From contig DASYRE010000024.1 in NCBI GenBank assembly GCA_036004685.1, forward strand, positions 64,234-128,233: a DNA stretch of 64,000 nt, in the 5' to 3' direction. Positions 1 through 10,279 of this stretch are shown piece after piece (within the stretch, counting starts at the first letter, position 1; the number at the start of each line of letters is the position of its first letter). The notes below the pieces were generated by a model that saw only the letters and a program-made list of their open reading frames with translations, was not told where the DNA came from and did no database searches. Origin of the DNA: Candidatus Polarisedimenticolia bacterium (GTDB lineage Bacteria > Acidobacteriota > Polarisedimenticolia > Gp22-AA2 > AA152). Both the position numbers and the translations under genes were made by a program.

Positions 1-162
1 AATCGGATTGAAAAGCGCTGCACGAGGTTGGCGGAGCGGTTGGCGCGACGCACGTAGCCGCGATGATCGACTCTCTTGCGTCCGCCGATAATGAGAGCGT
101 ATATTCCAGTGTCATATCAAGGGTATAAGAGTGAACAAGGCTTGAGGACTGGTCCGGGTTGA

Positions 163-1200
163 TCGAGACACGAATGGAGAGGAGCTGTCGGGATCCTGGC
201 CGATCTCTCTCCCCACTTCGCCAAGCTCTATTCGGACGTCGGCCGTCCTTCGATCGCGCCGGAGAAGATCCTGCGGGCGCTGCTGCTTCAGGTGCTCTAC
301 AGCATCCGGAGCGAGCGGCTGCTGATGGAGGAGCTGGACTACAACCTGTTGTTCCGGTGGTTCGTGGGGCTGAGCATGGACGATGCGGTCTGGGACCCCA
401 CCGTGTTCACGAAGAACCGAGAACGACTGCTCTCCGGAGAGATCGACCGGCTGTTCTTTCAGAGGGTGCAGGAGGAGGCGCGGCAACGGCAGCTTCTTTC
501 GGATGAGCATTTCACCGTGGACGGGACGCTGGTGGAGGCCTGGGCCGGCCACAAGAGCTTCAAACCGAAGGAAGGGAAGACGAAGACTCCACCAGACGAT
601 CCCGGCAATCCGACGGTCGACTTCATAGGGGAGAAGCGATCCAACAAGACGCACGCCTCGACGACGGATCCGGATGCGCGGCTTTACCGGAAGTCCTTTG
701 GGACCGAATCGAAGCTCTGCTTTGCAGGACACATCTTGATGGACAATCGCCATGGGTTGGCGGTGGACGTGGAGCTGACCCAGGCCACCAGCCTCTCGGA
801 GCGAGAGGCCGCCTTGAGCATGGCGGGAAGGATCCGGGGCTTCCATCGTGTGACCCTGGGCGGAGACAAGGCCTTCGACGTTCGAGAGTTCGTTCATACC
901 CTCCGGGCCATGAGGGTGACTCCCCACATCGCCGGGAAGAACGCCAGTTACAGCGCCATCGATGGAAGAACGACGCGATTCGCCGGCTACGTCGTCAGTC
1001 GGAAGAAGCGCAAGCGGTCGAAGAGATCTTCGGTTGGCTCAAGACCGTGGCGTTGCTGCGGAAGACGCGGCATCGGGGCCTCGCGCGTGTCGGCTGGACT
1101 TTCACCTTCGCCACCACGATCTACAACCTGGTTCGAGGGAAGTGGAGGGACCTCGGTCAACTTCATCCCGTCGCCGCAGCCAGGTTTCTTATTCGTCTGG
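163..1200 (+). pseudogene. IS5-family DDE transposase remnant (5'-truncated, 1-bp frameshift near 1018)
   Basis: In-frame translation from 163 reads ...LADLSPHFAKLYSDVGRPSIAPEKILRALLLQVLYSIRSERLLMEELDYNLLFRWFVGL, which matches the IS5-family transposase N-region but lacks the first ~50 aa. After RKKRKR the reading frame shifts (IEEIFGWLKTVALLRKTRHRGLARVGWTFTFATTIYNLVR lies in the +1 frame, ORF 1047..1424). No clean stop or terminal inverted repeats recognised. Confidence 0.7.
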
Positions 1201-1654
1201 AAGGAGAGAAAGGTCAAGATGATAGGGGCGAATCGGACTCATCGAACTTCCGAGTTCATCGTGGAGAGGAAAAGACCCCTCTCAAATCGCTGTTTTTCCG
1301 CAGCCTGTTAGACAGCTCTGAAAAAATGTCAATCATCGCGAGGCGACCGGTTCGACTTCGCCATGACCGCAAGCAGTCTTGCAGCTTTGCGTATGTGGAC
1401 GAGAGCGGCACAGCTGAGAGATAGTTCGCGGTAGGGGCGGTAGTGCATGGCCCTCAAGTTTCCGGCTAGGATGATGTTCGCCTGAACGAACATATCACGC
1501 AACTGAAACACGAAGCAGGAATTCAGACCAGGGGTGATTTTGGCTGGAAGAAGGTGCCGAAAAGCCCTGGGAAGAGTACCAAGTTGTCTCGTCAAAAGTG
1601 ATCGACTTTCAGCTTGAGTTGGAGGATTTGGTGAGTCCCTTGGTTCGCTCAAAC

Positions 1655-3196
1655 ATGACTACCTCGTATATCGTGCCTATCACCCTCATCCTTGCAATGG
1701 CCGGGGCGGTTTCCGCCGAGCCGGTCAGGCCGTCCACGGATCGCGGTGGGGAAACAGCTCGAATCAGCAAAGCGGCGCCCGCCGATACGAAAGCCGTCGC
1801 AACGCGCAAAAGGTTCCTGGAGATGTTCGGGCGGGCGTACTATCCGGGACGAACCGGCCAGCTCCTCCTCGTGCCACGGGAAGGCGATTTCATCACTCGG
1901 CCCGGCGCCGACGCGGCATTCATGCATGGCTCACCCTGGGGGTACGACACCTCGATTCCGGTCCTTTTTGTGGGCCCTGCCGTCAAAGCGGGAACCTATT
2001 CGATCCCGGCCGTGCAACAGGACGTGGCGCCGACGCTCGCGGCGTCGCTAGGTGTTCGAATGCCCGCGACCGCGACAGGCCACGTCTTGCCGCTCCTGCG
2101 GGACGGTTTCGCGCGCCCGCGAGTGGTACTTCTTCTCGTCCTCGACGGCATGCGGCGCGATTACTTCGATCGGTATTCCGGCTTGATTCCGACCCTGACC
2201 GCCTTGAGAAAACAGGGCGCTTGGTTCCCGCGGGCGCAGATCAATTTCCTCCCGACGAACACGGCGGTGGGGCACTCGTCGATCTCGACCGGCAGCGATC
2301 CGCGCGTGCACGGAATCACCGGTGTCAGCCTCTACGATCGCATCCACAGGCGTCGCCACGACGTGTTCGAGAAAGCCTCCCCGGAGGATCTGATGACCTT
2401 GTCCCTGGCCGACGTCTGGCAGCTCGCGACGTCCGGCCGCGCGATCATCCTGGCGCAGGGAAGCATTGACCGGGCGGCGACGCCGCTCGCGGGGCATGGG
2501 GCGTGCCAGCTCAATGGAGCGCCGGTTGTGCTTGCCAGCTATGATCAACAGACGGGCGCCTGGAGCTCGAATCCCGAGTGTTTCCGGCTGCCGGAGTATC
2601 TGAAGGATCGAAACTCGAGGACGCTTTGGGCGGATGGAGAGTGGATGGGGCACTCGATCGACTCAAGCGTCTTGGTGCGCTATTCGGGGTTGTTTCCTTC
2701 ATTCGAAGCCGATGCGATGGTTTCGATGATCGAGCGGGAACCGCTGGGCGAGGACGGCGTGCCGGATCTCATCCTGATGAACTACAAGGGCGCGGATTTC
2801 GTGGGCCACAAGTATGGTCCGGATTCGGAAGAGATGCGCGTGACGCTCGGCGAGATGGACCGTCACTTGGCTCGGATGTTGAAGGCGCTGGAGGCCAAGG
2901 TGGGAAAGGACTATCTTCTCGCGATCACCGCGGACCATGGGATGCCCCCGGAGCCGCCCTCGCCGGACCGCCGCCACTTCGCTCCTGCGATCGTCGACCT
3001 CTTGCACGATAAGTTCGATCCCGAAGCGAAGCAGCTCGTCACCTCCTTCGAGCCGGAAAACGGCCAGATCTTCATCGACGAGGAGCGCCTGGCGTCTCTC
3101 CATCTCACGCTGCGCGACTTGGCAAACTTCCTTGAATCACAGGATTTCATTTTCGCGGCGTTCACTCAGGAAGAGGTCCGGCGCGCCGCGGAATAA
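1655..3196 (+). CDS. alkaline phosphatase superfamily protein (nucleotide pyrophosphatase/phosphodiesterase-like), secreted
   Basis: Motifs VLLLVLDGMRRDYF and GHSSISTGSDPRVHGI are typical of NPP/type I phosphodiesterases. Signal peptide MTTSYIVPITLILAMAGAVSA, so start taken at the internal ATG 1655 rather than the GTG at 1598. Confidence 0.85.
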   Translation: MTTSYIVPITLILAMAGAVSAEPVRPSTDRGGETARISKAAPADTKAVATRKRFLEMFGRAYYPGRTGQLLLVPREGDFITRPGADAAFMHGSPWGYDTSIPVLFVGPAVKAGTYSIPAVQQDVAPTLAASLGVRMPATATGHVLPLLRDGFARPRVVLLLVLDGMRRDYFDRYSGLIPTLTALRKQGAWFPRAQINFLPTNTAVGHSSISTGSDPRVHGITGVSLYDRIHRRRHDVFEKASPEDLMTLSLADVWQLATSGRAIILAQGSIDRAATPLAGHGACQLNGAPVVLASYDQQTGAWSSNPECFRLPEYLKDRNSRTLWADGEWMGHSIDSSVLVRYSGLFPSFEADAMVSMIEREPLGEDGVPDLILMNYKGADFVGHKYGPDSEEMRVTLGEMDRHLARMLKALEAKVGKDYLLAITADHGMPPEPPSPDRRHFAPAIVDLLHDKFDPEAKQLVTSFEPENGQIFIDEERLASLHLTLRDLANFLESQDFIFAAFTQEEVRRAAE

Positions 3197-3201
3197 TCGA
3201 G

Positions 3202-4104
3202 GTGAGCACGAAGGTCGCGCGGGTTGCCTTGAGATTCTTTCCTACAGTGCTGCTGGTGGCCAGTGCGGTCACCACGGCGATCGCTCATCCAGGTTCGGGA
3301 ATTGCCGTCGATCGGCGGGGGTACGTCTACTTCGTCGACACGGGAAGCGGCGTCTGGGTGATCGACACGGCGGGCAAGCTGGCCCGTCACGACGGTCCGG
3401 CGTTTCACTGGATGGCCATCGATGAGGGCGAGCGATCCTGGGGAGGTCGAATGCCTTCCATCCCGGACGGAGAAGTCACCGCGGTGGGGCTAAAGCCCAC
3501 GGTTCTTCTCTCGAGTGATGTTCCGATCGCCGTGGGTGGGGATGGCGCGCTCTTCTATCCAGCGTTGGGACGTGATCATCGTCTGAGGATCATGCGATTT
3601 ACTCGTTCCGGCGACGAGAGCGTACGCGCCAATCTTCCATCCAAGTCCGGAGGCGGAGAGTTGAGGTGGATCAACGGGCTGGCCAAAGGCCCTGGGGGAT
3701 CGCTCTACTATTCTGAGAATGACGCGGTGCGCAAGGCCGACGAGCGCGGCGCGGTCTCCACGGTCGCGGAGGGGATCGCGGTGCCCAACTGCGCTCGAAT
3801 TCCTGGCACGGAACTAGGGCTGGGACCCTACTTGCGCGGCCTCGACGTCGCTTCGGACGGTTCGGTCTTCGTGGCCGCCTCCGGCTGCGGCGCGGTTCTC
3901 AAGGTCACGCCTCAAGGCAAGATTACGACGGTGCTGCGCTCCAGCAGTCCGTGGTCACCGGCAGCCGTGGCAGTCTCGCCCACGGGACTCTACGTGCTCG
4001 AGTACCTCCACACGGCCTCTGACAATCGGCGGGAATGGCTGGCGCGTGTGCGGAAAGTGCTTCCCGACGGCAGCGTCACCGAGGTCGCCGTGGTCAAACG
4101 CTAA
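3202..4104 (+). CDS. secreted beta-propeller protein (NHL/SMP-30-like repeats)
   Basis: N-terminal hydrophobic signal. Repeated YVYFVDTGSGVWVID / SLYYSEND / SVFVAASG strands typical of NHL/gluconolactonase-like propellers. GTG start. Confidence 0.6.
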   Translation: MSTKVARVALRFFPTVLLVASAVTTAIAHPGSGIAVDRRGYVYFVDTGSGVWVIDTAGKLARHDGPAFHWMAIDEGERSWGGRMPSIPDGEVTAVGLKPTVLLSSDVPIAVGGDGALFYPALGRDHRLRIMRFTRSGDESVRANLPSKSGGGELRWINGLAKGPGGSLYYSENDAVRKADERGAVSTVAEGIAVPNCARIPGTELGLGPYLRGLDVASDGSVFVAASGCGAVLKVTPQGKITTVLRSSSPWSPAAVAVSPTGLYVLEYLHTASDNRREWLARVRKVLPDGSVTEVAVVKR

Positions 4105-4427
4105 CGGTCGTCATGATGGCGGCCTCGCTGTCGCCGCAGAGCCTGTCGCTCGCCGTCCGCAACAACCAGAGTGACACGTGATGTATAAAGCTGGCGGAGC
4201 GGTTGGGAGCGGTTGACTGTACGGAACCCGTAGCGGCCCCGCGCCGCCTGCTAGCAGGATAAGCGTCAGGGACAGGAAAGTCTGCGGCCCGGTGGAAAGC
4301 CCATGGGGAAAAGCAGCGTCCGCGGGAAGCGGGGTCTGCGCTCTCGGAAGTTCTGTTCATACTGTCGTCCCTGGCGATTGGCGAGCAAGCATCTGTCCAG
4401 TTGAATCCGCCGAAAACGGGAGGCGTC

Positions 4428-6131
4428 ATGCGAGCGACTGCGAAGAGCACGGAGCTGAAAGCCGCGGCCTATGCGGGAACGTACGTGGTCGTCCTAGCGT
4501 GGGACACCGCGAACGGAAAGGCGCCGGCGCGGACCAATTTGCTGGGTTATGCGATCGAGCGCGCGCAGTTCGACCTGGCGGGCCATGAGGTGGAGCGCTA
4601 CTGGCTGCGCGGGATCAAGCGTTTCAAGGAAAGGGACAAGGGACTGCCGCCCGGCACCCCGGTCTCCACCGCCGAGCATCCGATCCAGAGCTTCCTGTGG
4701 GCCGACTACACCGCCAAGGCGGCAACCCGTTACTTGTACCGCATCGTCCCCTTGTACGGCACGGTGAAGACCCCGAAACTCGACGAGGCAACGGCAGTGG
4801 CGCTCGACATCACCACGGAGGTGCAGGGTGATCAGCCGCTCGACTCCGCCGCCGACAGCGTCCGGCACGACGTCTTCTTCAATCGCGGCGTGATCGGCTC
4901 GCAGGCGTATGCGAGGGAATTCGGCAATCGCGAGCCGGATGCCGAGAATCCCCGATCGAAGGAGATGAAGTGGCTCTCGCGGGGTCTTTTCGAAGCGCTC
5001 TTGCGGTTCATCGGGCTCGCGGGGGACGGCATGGGGCTTCGCGCCGCCCTTTACGAGTTCCACTACCAGCCCGTCGCCAACGCGTTTGCCAAGGCCATCG
5101 AGGCCGGGGCCGACGTGAAGATCGTGTACGACGCGGAAAGTGACTACAGGGTCGAGAACGAGGCGGCGATTAAGACGGCGCGGCTCGACGACTACGACGC
5201 GGTCATCCCGCGGACCGTGAGCGAGGGCATCCGTCACAACAAATTCATCGTCCTGCTGAAGGGCGGCAAGCCGTTCGCGGTCTGGACGGGCTCGACGAAC
5301 ATCTCCGCCGGCGGCATCTTCGGCCACTCCAACGTCGGACACGTCGTTTGGGACGAGAGCGTGGCGGCGAAGTATCTCGACTACTGGCAGCGGCTGGCGG
5401 ACAACCTCACCCCGACCAAGCTGCGCGCCCCGAACAAGGCCGCTACGCCGACGCCCGCCGGAAAACCACCCAAGAACTCCGTCAGTCCGCTGTTCTCGGC
5501 GCGCGACGACAAGGAAAGCAACGAGACGCTCCAGTGGTACGCGCACCGGCTCGCCGAGGCCAAGGAAGTGTCCTGCATGACGTATGCCTTCAACATCGAC
5601 GAGGTGTTCCAGCAGGTCCTGGGCAAGGATAACGACGTGCTTCGCTACGTCGTGAAGGACGACCCGCTCGGCGAGGAGGAGTCCATCGGCCAGGACCGGG
5701 ACGTGATCTTCGCCGCCGGTGCGTACCTGGACGAGGGCGCTCTTGCCAATTTCCTGCGCGAGCGGTCGAATCCGCTTAACCGCAACCGCTATATTCACAA
5801 CAAATTCATGCTCGTGGACCCGCTGAGCGAGGACCCCCTGGTGGTCACCGGATCGGCCAACTTCAGCAAGCCCTCGCAGCGCACGAACGACGAGAACATG
5901 CTCGTCATCCGCGGCAACAAACGCGTGGCGGACATCTACTTCGGCGAGTTCATGCGCGTCTTCGACCACCACTACGCACGCTACATCGTGCGCGTCCTGA
6001 CCGACCAGGGGCGCTCCGATCCGGAGGCGGGCTACCTCAAGGAGAAGACCGCCGACTGGTTGCCGCCACACTTCAACCCTGCCAGCTACAAGTCGAAGCG
6101 GAGAAAGTATTTCGTATCGCCGAAGAAGTGA
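4428..6131 (+). CDS. phospholipase D superfamily protein with two HKD motifs and an N-terminal FN3-like beta-sandwich
   Basis: Two HKD signatures, IRHNKFIVLL...WTGSTNIS and IHNKFMLVDPLSEDPLVVTGSANFS. N-terminal ~120 aa (YVVVLAWDTANG...YLYRIVPLYG) looks like an FN3/Ig sandwich. No TM segment. GGGAGG lies 5 nt upstream of ATG 4428. Confidence 0.8.
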   Translation: MRATAKSTELKAAAYAGTYVVVLAWDTANGKAPARTNLLGYAIERAQFDLAGHEVERYWLRGIKRFKERDKGLPPGTPVSTAEHPIQSFLWADYTAKAATRYLYRIVPLYGTVKTPKLDEATAVALDITTEVQGDQPLDSAADSVRHDVFFNRGVIGSQAYAREFGNREPDAENPRSKEMKWLSRGLFEALLRFIGLAGDGMGLRAALYEFHYQPVANAFAKAIEAGADVKIVYDAESDYRVENEAAIKTARLDDYDAVIPRTVSEGIRHNKFIVLLKGGKPFAVWTGSTNISAGGIFGHSNVGHVVWDESVAAKYLDYWQRLADNLTPTKLRAPNKAATPTPAGKPPKNSVSPLFSARDDKESNETLQWYAHRLAEAKEVSCMTYAFNIDEVFQQVLGKDNDVLRYVVKDDPLGEEESIGQDRDVIFAAGAYLDEGALANFLRERSNPLNRNRYIHNKFMLVDPLSEDPLVVTGSANFSKPSQRTNDENMLVIRGNKRVADIYFGEFMRVFDHHYARYIVRVLTDQGRSDPEAGYLKEKTADWLPPHFNPASYKSKRRKYFVSPKK

Positions 6132-6493
6132 CCGCCGCGACCCGTCGCGGGTTGGACTGCTCCGCCAACGCTGAGGCTCAAGCCTTCATCTGGCCTTCCG
6201 TGGTGGATCCCGATGCTCGTGATTCTCGGCTTTGGCGGCACGTCACCAAGCGGTTTCCGCTCACCTACAGCCCGCTGTATTGGGGAGCCGTGTTTGCCCT
6301 CGGCACGTACACGGTTTGCACGCTCCGTCTCTACGAGCTGACCGGGGTAAGACTCCTCCACCCGCTGCCCCGCCTGTTCGTCACGATCTCCGTCGCGGCC
6401 TGGCCGGCGGCGTTCGCCGCTTGCTCCGAAGCCTCGCGAGCGGCTGAAGAGGACGTGACGGCACGTTGGTCGCAAGCTCGCAAAACCCCTTAG
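6128..6493 (+). CDS. small hypothetical membrane protein
   Basis: GTG start overlaps the stop of the PLD gene (GTGA). Hydrophobic segments WGAVFALGTYTVCTL and VTISVAAWPAAFAA. No homology recognised. Confidence 0.3.
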   Translation: MTAATRRGLDCSANAEAQAFIWPSVVDPDARDSRLWRHVTKRFPLTYSPLYWGAVFALGTYTVCTLRLYELTGVRLLHPLPRLFVTISVAAWPAAFAACSEASRAAEEDVTARWSQARKTP

Positions 6494-6801
6494 GCGACGT
6501 GCGCAGCCGCGGCCCCACAACCGCCAGCCTCGCGGAACGCCGGCCTCGCCTCACGCGGCCCATCTGCGGTTTGCGCCAGGAATCACGGGAGGCGTATATT
6601 GCATCGCAGCACCCACGTGTCCAGCGAATCTCACGTCCGGAGGCCCGATGCGCCTCGTAACACCCGCGAGACTTGCCGAGCACCTGTCAGCTCGCCGAAG
6701 CGAAGAAGACTTGGATTCCGGGCCAGGTAGCCGCGGTAGCGGTGCTGTAGGCCGGAGCGCTCTTTGGCTAAATAGGACCCGGAAGAATTGGAGGGTAGGG
6801 G

Positions 6802-7116
6802 GTGAGCGTTGGCCAGATGCCTTTGACTCGTGGCGAACGACTCGGTGTTTTCTCGGGCGTTGCGTCCATCGTCTGCGGGCTCGCCAGTCTGAGCGCTTTC
6901 GGAGTCATGGACGCGTTCGTCGTCGACGAAGGTGATTGGATGATCATGATCCTATCACTCATCATTGCAATCGGCGCCCCCCTCTTGGGCGCTCTGCTCG
7001 GGATCATCGCGCTTGTTCCACGACGCAGCCGCATTGTCGGAGCCGCAGGTCTCTTGCTGTCGCTGGGAATCGGGGCGGTCCTCGGGGCCATGAGGTTAGG
7101 CCTATTTGCGAACTAG
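6802..7116 (+). CDS. small membrane protein (3 predicted TM)
   Basis: Strongly hydrophobic segments: VFSGVASIVCGLASLSAFGV, MIMILSLIIAIGAPLLGALLGIIALV, AAGLLLSLGIGAVLGA. Confidence 0.4.
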   Translation: MSVGQMPLTRGERLGVFSGVASIVCGLASLSAFGVMDAFVVDEGDWMIMILSLIIAIGAPLLGALLGIIALVPRRSRIVGAAGLLLSLGIGAVLGAMRLGLFAN

Positions 7117-7204
7117 GGTCAGTCGGCCGCCGCCGAGCGGCAGACAGGATCTGGAGAGTGCGGTGTCTGAAGCTGCACCGGAGACGAGCCGCCCGAGAGT
7201 GGCG

Positions 7205-7660
7205 ATGAAAGTGCTCGGAGCCGTGCTCCTCGTGGTCGGCACGAGCGTTGCGATATGGCGCGTGGCCAATCTAGCCGTTGCGAGCGTCGTCTTTCACGAT
7301 CTGCCGCCCCGAATCGTGATTCAGTACTTCGTCGCAACCTCAGGTGATGCGTTGTGGGGCGGATTTATGGCGGCAGCGGGCTACCACCTCCTGAGGCGAC
7401 GTGGGAAACCGGTGAGCTGGCTGATCGCCTCGGCCGCCGCGTGGATTCCGGCAACCGTTATCTACGCCTACCAGGCCTCGGGAGGGGAAAGAATGGCCCG
7501 GTCCTTCGGCATTTCCGTAGGCGTTCTCGTGCTGGTGGTCGTGGGGTTTCGCACCCTTCTGCTTCTGCCTAACCTGGCGGCTGCTGTCCTTATGCACGTG
7601 ATGGCGCGGGGCCAGCGGGCCACGGCGAGCGAAGTGGCCGGGGGCGATCCGTCGAAATAG
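7205..7660 (+). CDS. membrane protein, unknown function
   Basis: ATG 7205 (MKVLGAVLLVVGTSVAIW) followed by 4 hydrophobic helices. Immediately downstream of the previous small membrane gene. Confidence 0.45.
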   Translation: MKVLGAVLLVVGTSVAIWRVANLAVASVVFHDLPPRIVIQYFVATSGDALWGGFMAAAGYHLLRRRGKPVSWLIASAAAWIPATVIYAYQASGGERMARSFGISVGVLVLVVVGFRTLLLLPNLAAAVLMHVMARGQRATASEVAGGDPSK

Positions 7661-7670
7661 CCGTTTCGCG

Positions 7671-8219
7671 TTGGAGGCAGGGATGGAGATTGGCAGTCTT
7701 CCACTTGCGGCGTGGGAGAGTTTCTATGTCATCGTCGGTTCTTCGGCGGCGGCCCTGACCGGACTTCAGTTCGTCGTCATCGTTCTCGGCGCCGAAGCGG
7801 AAGTGGTCAGCGGAGCGACTATGCGGGCGTTCGGCACTCCCACCATCGTGCATTTCTGCGCGGCGCTGCTCATCTCGGCGATTCTCAGCGCGCCGTGGAG
7901 CGCCGTAGCGCCCGCCGCCGTGTGTCTCCTGGCTTGCGGCGCCGCGGGGCTTGGGTACCTTGCCGGCGTCTTTCGGCACGCGAGAAAGCAGAGCGGCTAC
8001 ACGCCTGTCTTCGAGGATTGGCTCTGGCACTTCGTGTTTCCTGCCGGCGCCTATGTGGCGCTCCTGGTCGCGGCGCTCGACTTGCGAGGCGGCGCGCCCG
8101 CCGCGTTGTTCGTCATAGCGGGATCGGCGATGTTCTTGCTGTTCATCGGAATTCACAATGCCTGGGACGCGGTGACCTATATCGCGCTCAAACGAAAACG
8201 GGGCAAATCGGACCAATAA
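7671..8219 (+). CDS. membrane protein, unknown function (5-6 TM)
   Basis: Continuous ORF with multiple TM helices (FYVIVGSSAAALTGLQFVVIVLG, IVHFCAALLISAILSAPW, LFVIAGSAMFLLFIGI). Confidence 0.5.
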   Translation: MEAGMEIGSLPLAAWESFYVIVGSSAAALTGLQFVVIVLGAEAEVVSGATMRAFGTPTIVHFCAALLISAILSAPWSAVAPAAVCLLACGAAGLGYLAGVFRHARKQSGYTPVFEDWLWHFVFPAGAYVALLVAALDLRGGAPAALFVIAGSAMFLLFIGIHNAWDAVTYIALKRKRGKSDQ

Positions 8220-8341
8220 AGAATGGGTCAATTCACTCCTGAAGTCGGCGAGCAAGACGTCGAGCGACCGCGCCTCTCTCGCCCTCGACAGGCTGCGCCG
8301 TCGGCTGAATCAATCCAGGCGCCGCGGGATGTGGAGAGAGG

Positions 8342-9208
8342 ATGAGGAGCAGAGGCTGCGCCGCCGCGATACTCCTCCTGCCGTTCATCGTCACGCCGGC
8401 CTGGGAGGCGCCAAAGCCTGGCAGGCCGCTCGCGCTCGTCCTTCGGCAGCTTAGAAAGATCCCTCTGACGGAGGCTTACGTCTACGGCACCGTTCCGCCG
8501 GAGGCCCAGGCGGGTCTACGTCAGGCCAAGAAGCATCTCCGAGAGCTGATTCTCTCCTACCTGAACCAAGCCCCGGGCGGGCGCGTATCGGCCCACGAGA
8601 CGCGCGAAGGTCTTATCCAGAAGCTTAAGAGCCAGGGGGTGATGGTGGGGCTGGAGCCCAACCGGCAGGCCGAGCTGGGATACGGCTACCTCCTCAGGGT
8701 CGAGGTCGGCAGCACGGGCGACGACGCAGACCTGCTCGTCGTGAGCACGGCGCTGTCGGTTACCTGCGGAGACGACAGCTCCCTCATGCTGCTGCGCCGC
8801 GGCAACGCGGGCTGGCAGCCCATCCTGGTCGACGAGGCCCCGGATTATGCCGACATCCGCGGGGCCCGCGGGTCCTTGAACTGGCGGGCCTCCGAGCCGG
8901 ACTCCGGCAAGAATCGCTTGATCGTCATCGCCGACATCCCGCCCTGGTGTTCCTCGGTCTTGCGTCCGTTGCGGTACCGGGCCTACCGGGTGGGTGGCGG
9001 CCTCGAGAAGCCCGTGCAACTGGTCTCCCGCTCGACCGACGCGATCGCCATCGACGAGGGGTACGAGATTCGGGCCGACCCGTCCGGCTTCTCCCTAAGC
9101 TATTCCGTCGCCGACAAGAAGAACGCCGGCATGCGCACGAGGGAGACTCTGAATTACCGGATTCAGCGAAACGAAGCTCTGCCCGAAAGCTCGCGACCCG
9201 ACAGCTAG
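8342..9208 (+). CDS. secreted hypothetical protein
   Basis: Signal peptide AAAILLLPFIVTPAWEA. 288-aa ORF with protein-like composition. No homology recognised. Confidence 0.5.
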   Translation: MRSRGCAAAILLLPFIVTPAWEAPKPGRPLALVLRQLRKIPLTEAYVYGTVPPEAQAGLRQAKKHLRELILSYLNQAPGGRVSAHETREGLIQKLKSQGVMVGLEPNRQAELGYGYLLRVEVGSTGDDADLLVVSTALSVTCGDDSSLMLLRRGNAGWQPILVDEAPDYADIRGARGSLNWRASEPDSGKNRLIVIADIPPWCSSVLRPLRYRAYRVGGGLEKPVQLVSRSTDAIAIDEGYEIRADPSGFSLSYSVADKKNAGMRTRETLNYRIQRNEALPESSRPDS

Positions 9209-9292
9209 CCCGCGCGTCCAAGCGTCCGGCAAGAAAGATTGCCGGTCACACGGTTCATGAAAGCCATTGCTCCGTCGAGCGCGCGTCAGCAC

Positions 9293-10279
9293 ATGAAGGC
9301 GATCACCTACAGCGAATACGGGCCCTCAGATGTTCTCCAGCTCTCGGAGATGGCAAAACCTGCCCCCCGGGTCGGCGAGGCCTTGGTCAGAATTCGTGCG
9401 GCCTCCGTGAATCCGATCGACTGGCACTTCATGAGAGGCACACCGTACCTCGTGCGCCTGCTGACCGGCTGGCGCAAGCCGAAGGTCACGCGTCTCGGAG
9501 TCGACGCGGCGGGGCAGGTGGAAGCGGTCGGCGGGAAGGTGACGCAGTTCCGGCCGGGGGACGAAGTGTTCGGCGCCTGCCGAGGGGCCTTCGCCGAGTG
9601 CGGATGCGCGCGGGAGGCTGCTTTGGCGCTGAAGCCGGCCAACCTGACGTTCGAGCAGGCGGCGGCCGTTCCGGTGGCGGCGTTCACCGCCCTGCAGGGG
9701 CTTCGCGACAAGGGACGAATTCAGCCCGGGAAGAAGGTTTTGATCAATGGGGCCGCGGGAGGCGTGGGGACGTTCGCGGTGCAGCTTGCCAGGTGCTTCG
9801 GGGCGGACGTGACCGGCGTGTGCAGCACGAGGAATGTGGACCTGGTCCGATCCATCGGCGCCCACCACGTCGTGGATTACACCCGGGAGGATTTCACCAA
9901 GAACGGGGTGCAGTATGACCTGATATTCGATTCGGTGGGGAACCATTCCTTGTCGGATTGCCGGCGCGCGCTGGTTGCGGAGGGGACTCTCGTGCTGGTC
10001 GGAGCGCCGGACAAGGGGCCTTGGCTCGGTCCGCTGACGAGCATACTCGGAGCGGTCGCGCTGTCGCCGTTCGTGAGCCAGAAGCTGCGCCCGATTCTGG
10101 CGCGTCCGAACCAAGAGGACTGGAAGGTCCTACGAGACTTCCTGGAAAGCGGCAAGGTGACTCCGGTCATCGACCGGACCTACCCCCTGAGGGAGATCTC
10201 CGAGGCCATCCGGTATCTGGAAGAAGGCCACGCCCGAGGGAAAGTAGTCATCAAGATGGCGCCGCGGAGCGAAAGCTGA
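9293..10279 (+). CDS. NAD(P)-dependent zinc-type alcohol dehydrogenase / quinone oxidoreductase (MDR family)
   Basis: MKAITYSEYGP... start and GDEVFG, LINGAAGGVGTFAVQLA Rossmann motif, typical MDR/quinone oxidoreductase-like. Confidence 0.85.
   Translation: MKAITYSEYGPSDVLQLSEMAKPAPRVGEALVRIRAASVNPIDWHFMRGTPYLVRLLTGWRKPKVTRLGVDAAGQVEAVGGKVTQFRPGDEVFGACRGAFAECGCAREAALALKPANLTFEQAAAVPVAAFTALQGLRDKGRIQPGKKVLINGAAGGVGTFAVQLARCFGADVTGVCSTRNVDLVRSIGAHHVVDYTREDFTKNGVQYDLIFDSVGNHSLSDCRRALVAEGTLVLVGAPDKGPWLGPLTSILGAVALSPFVSQKLRPILARPNQEDWKVLRDFLESGKVTPVIDRTYPLREISEAIRYLEEGHARGKVVIKMAPRSES

Noticed and set aside
4494-6071. 525-aa minus-strand ORF antisense to the PLD gene. Similar long antisense ORFs: 15406..17910 (-), 18000..19757 (-), 19756..21333 (+), 34186..37758 (+), 37728..38996 (-), 20480..21697 (-), 21794..23347 (-)
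   Set aside because: Arg/Ala/Gly/Pro-rich low-complexity translations typical of stop-codon-poor high-GC antisense frames. Each overlaps a sense gene with clear domain motifs.
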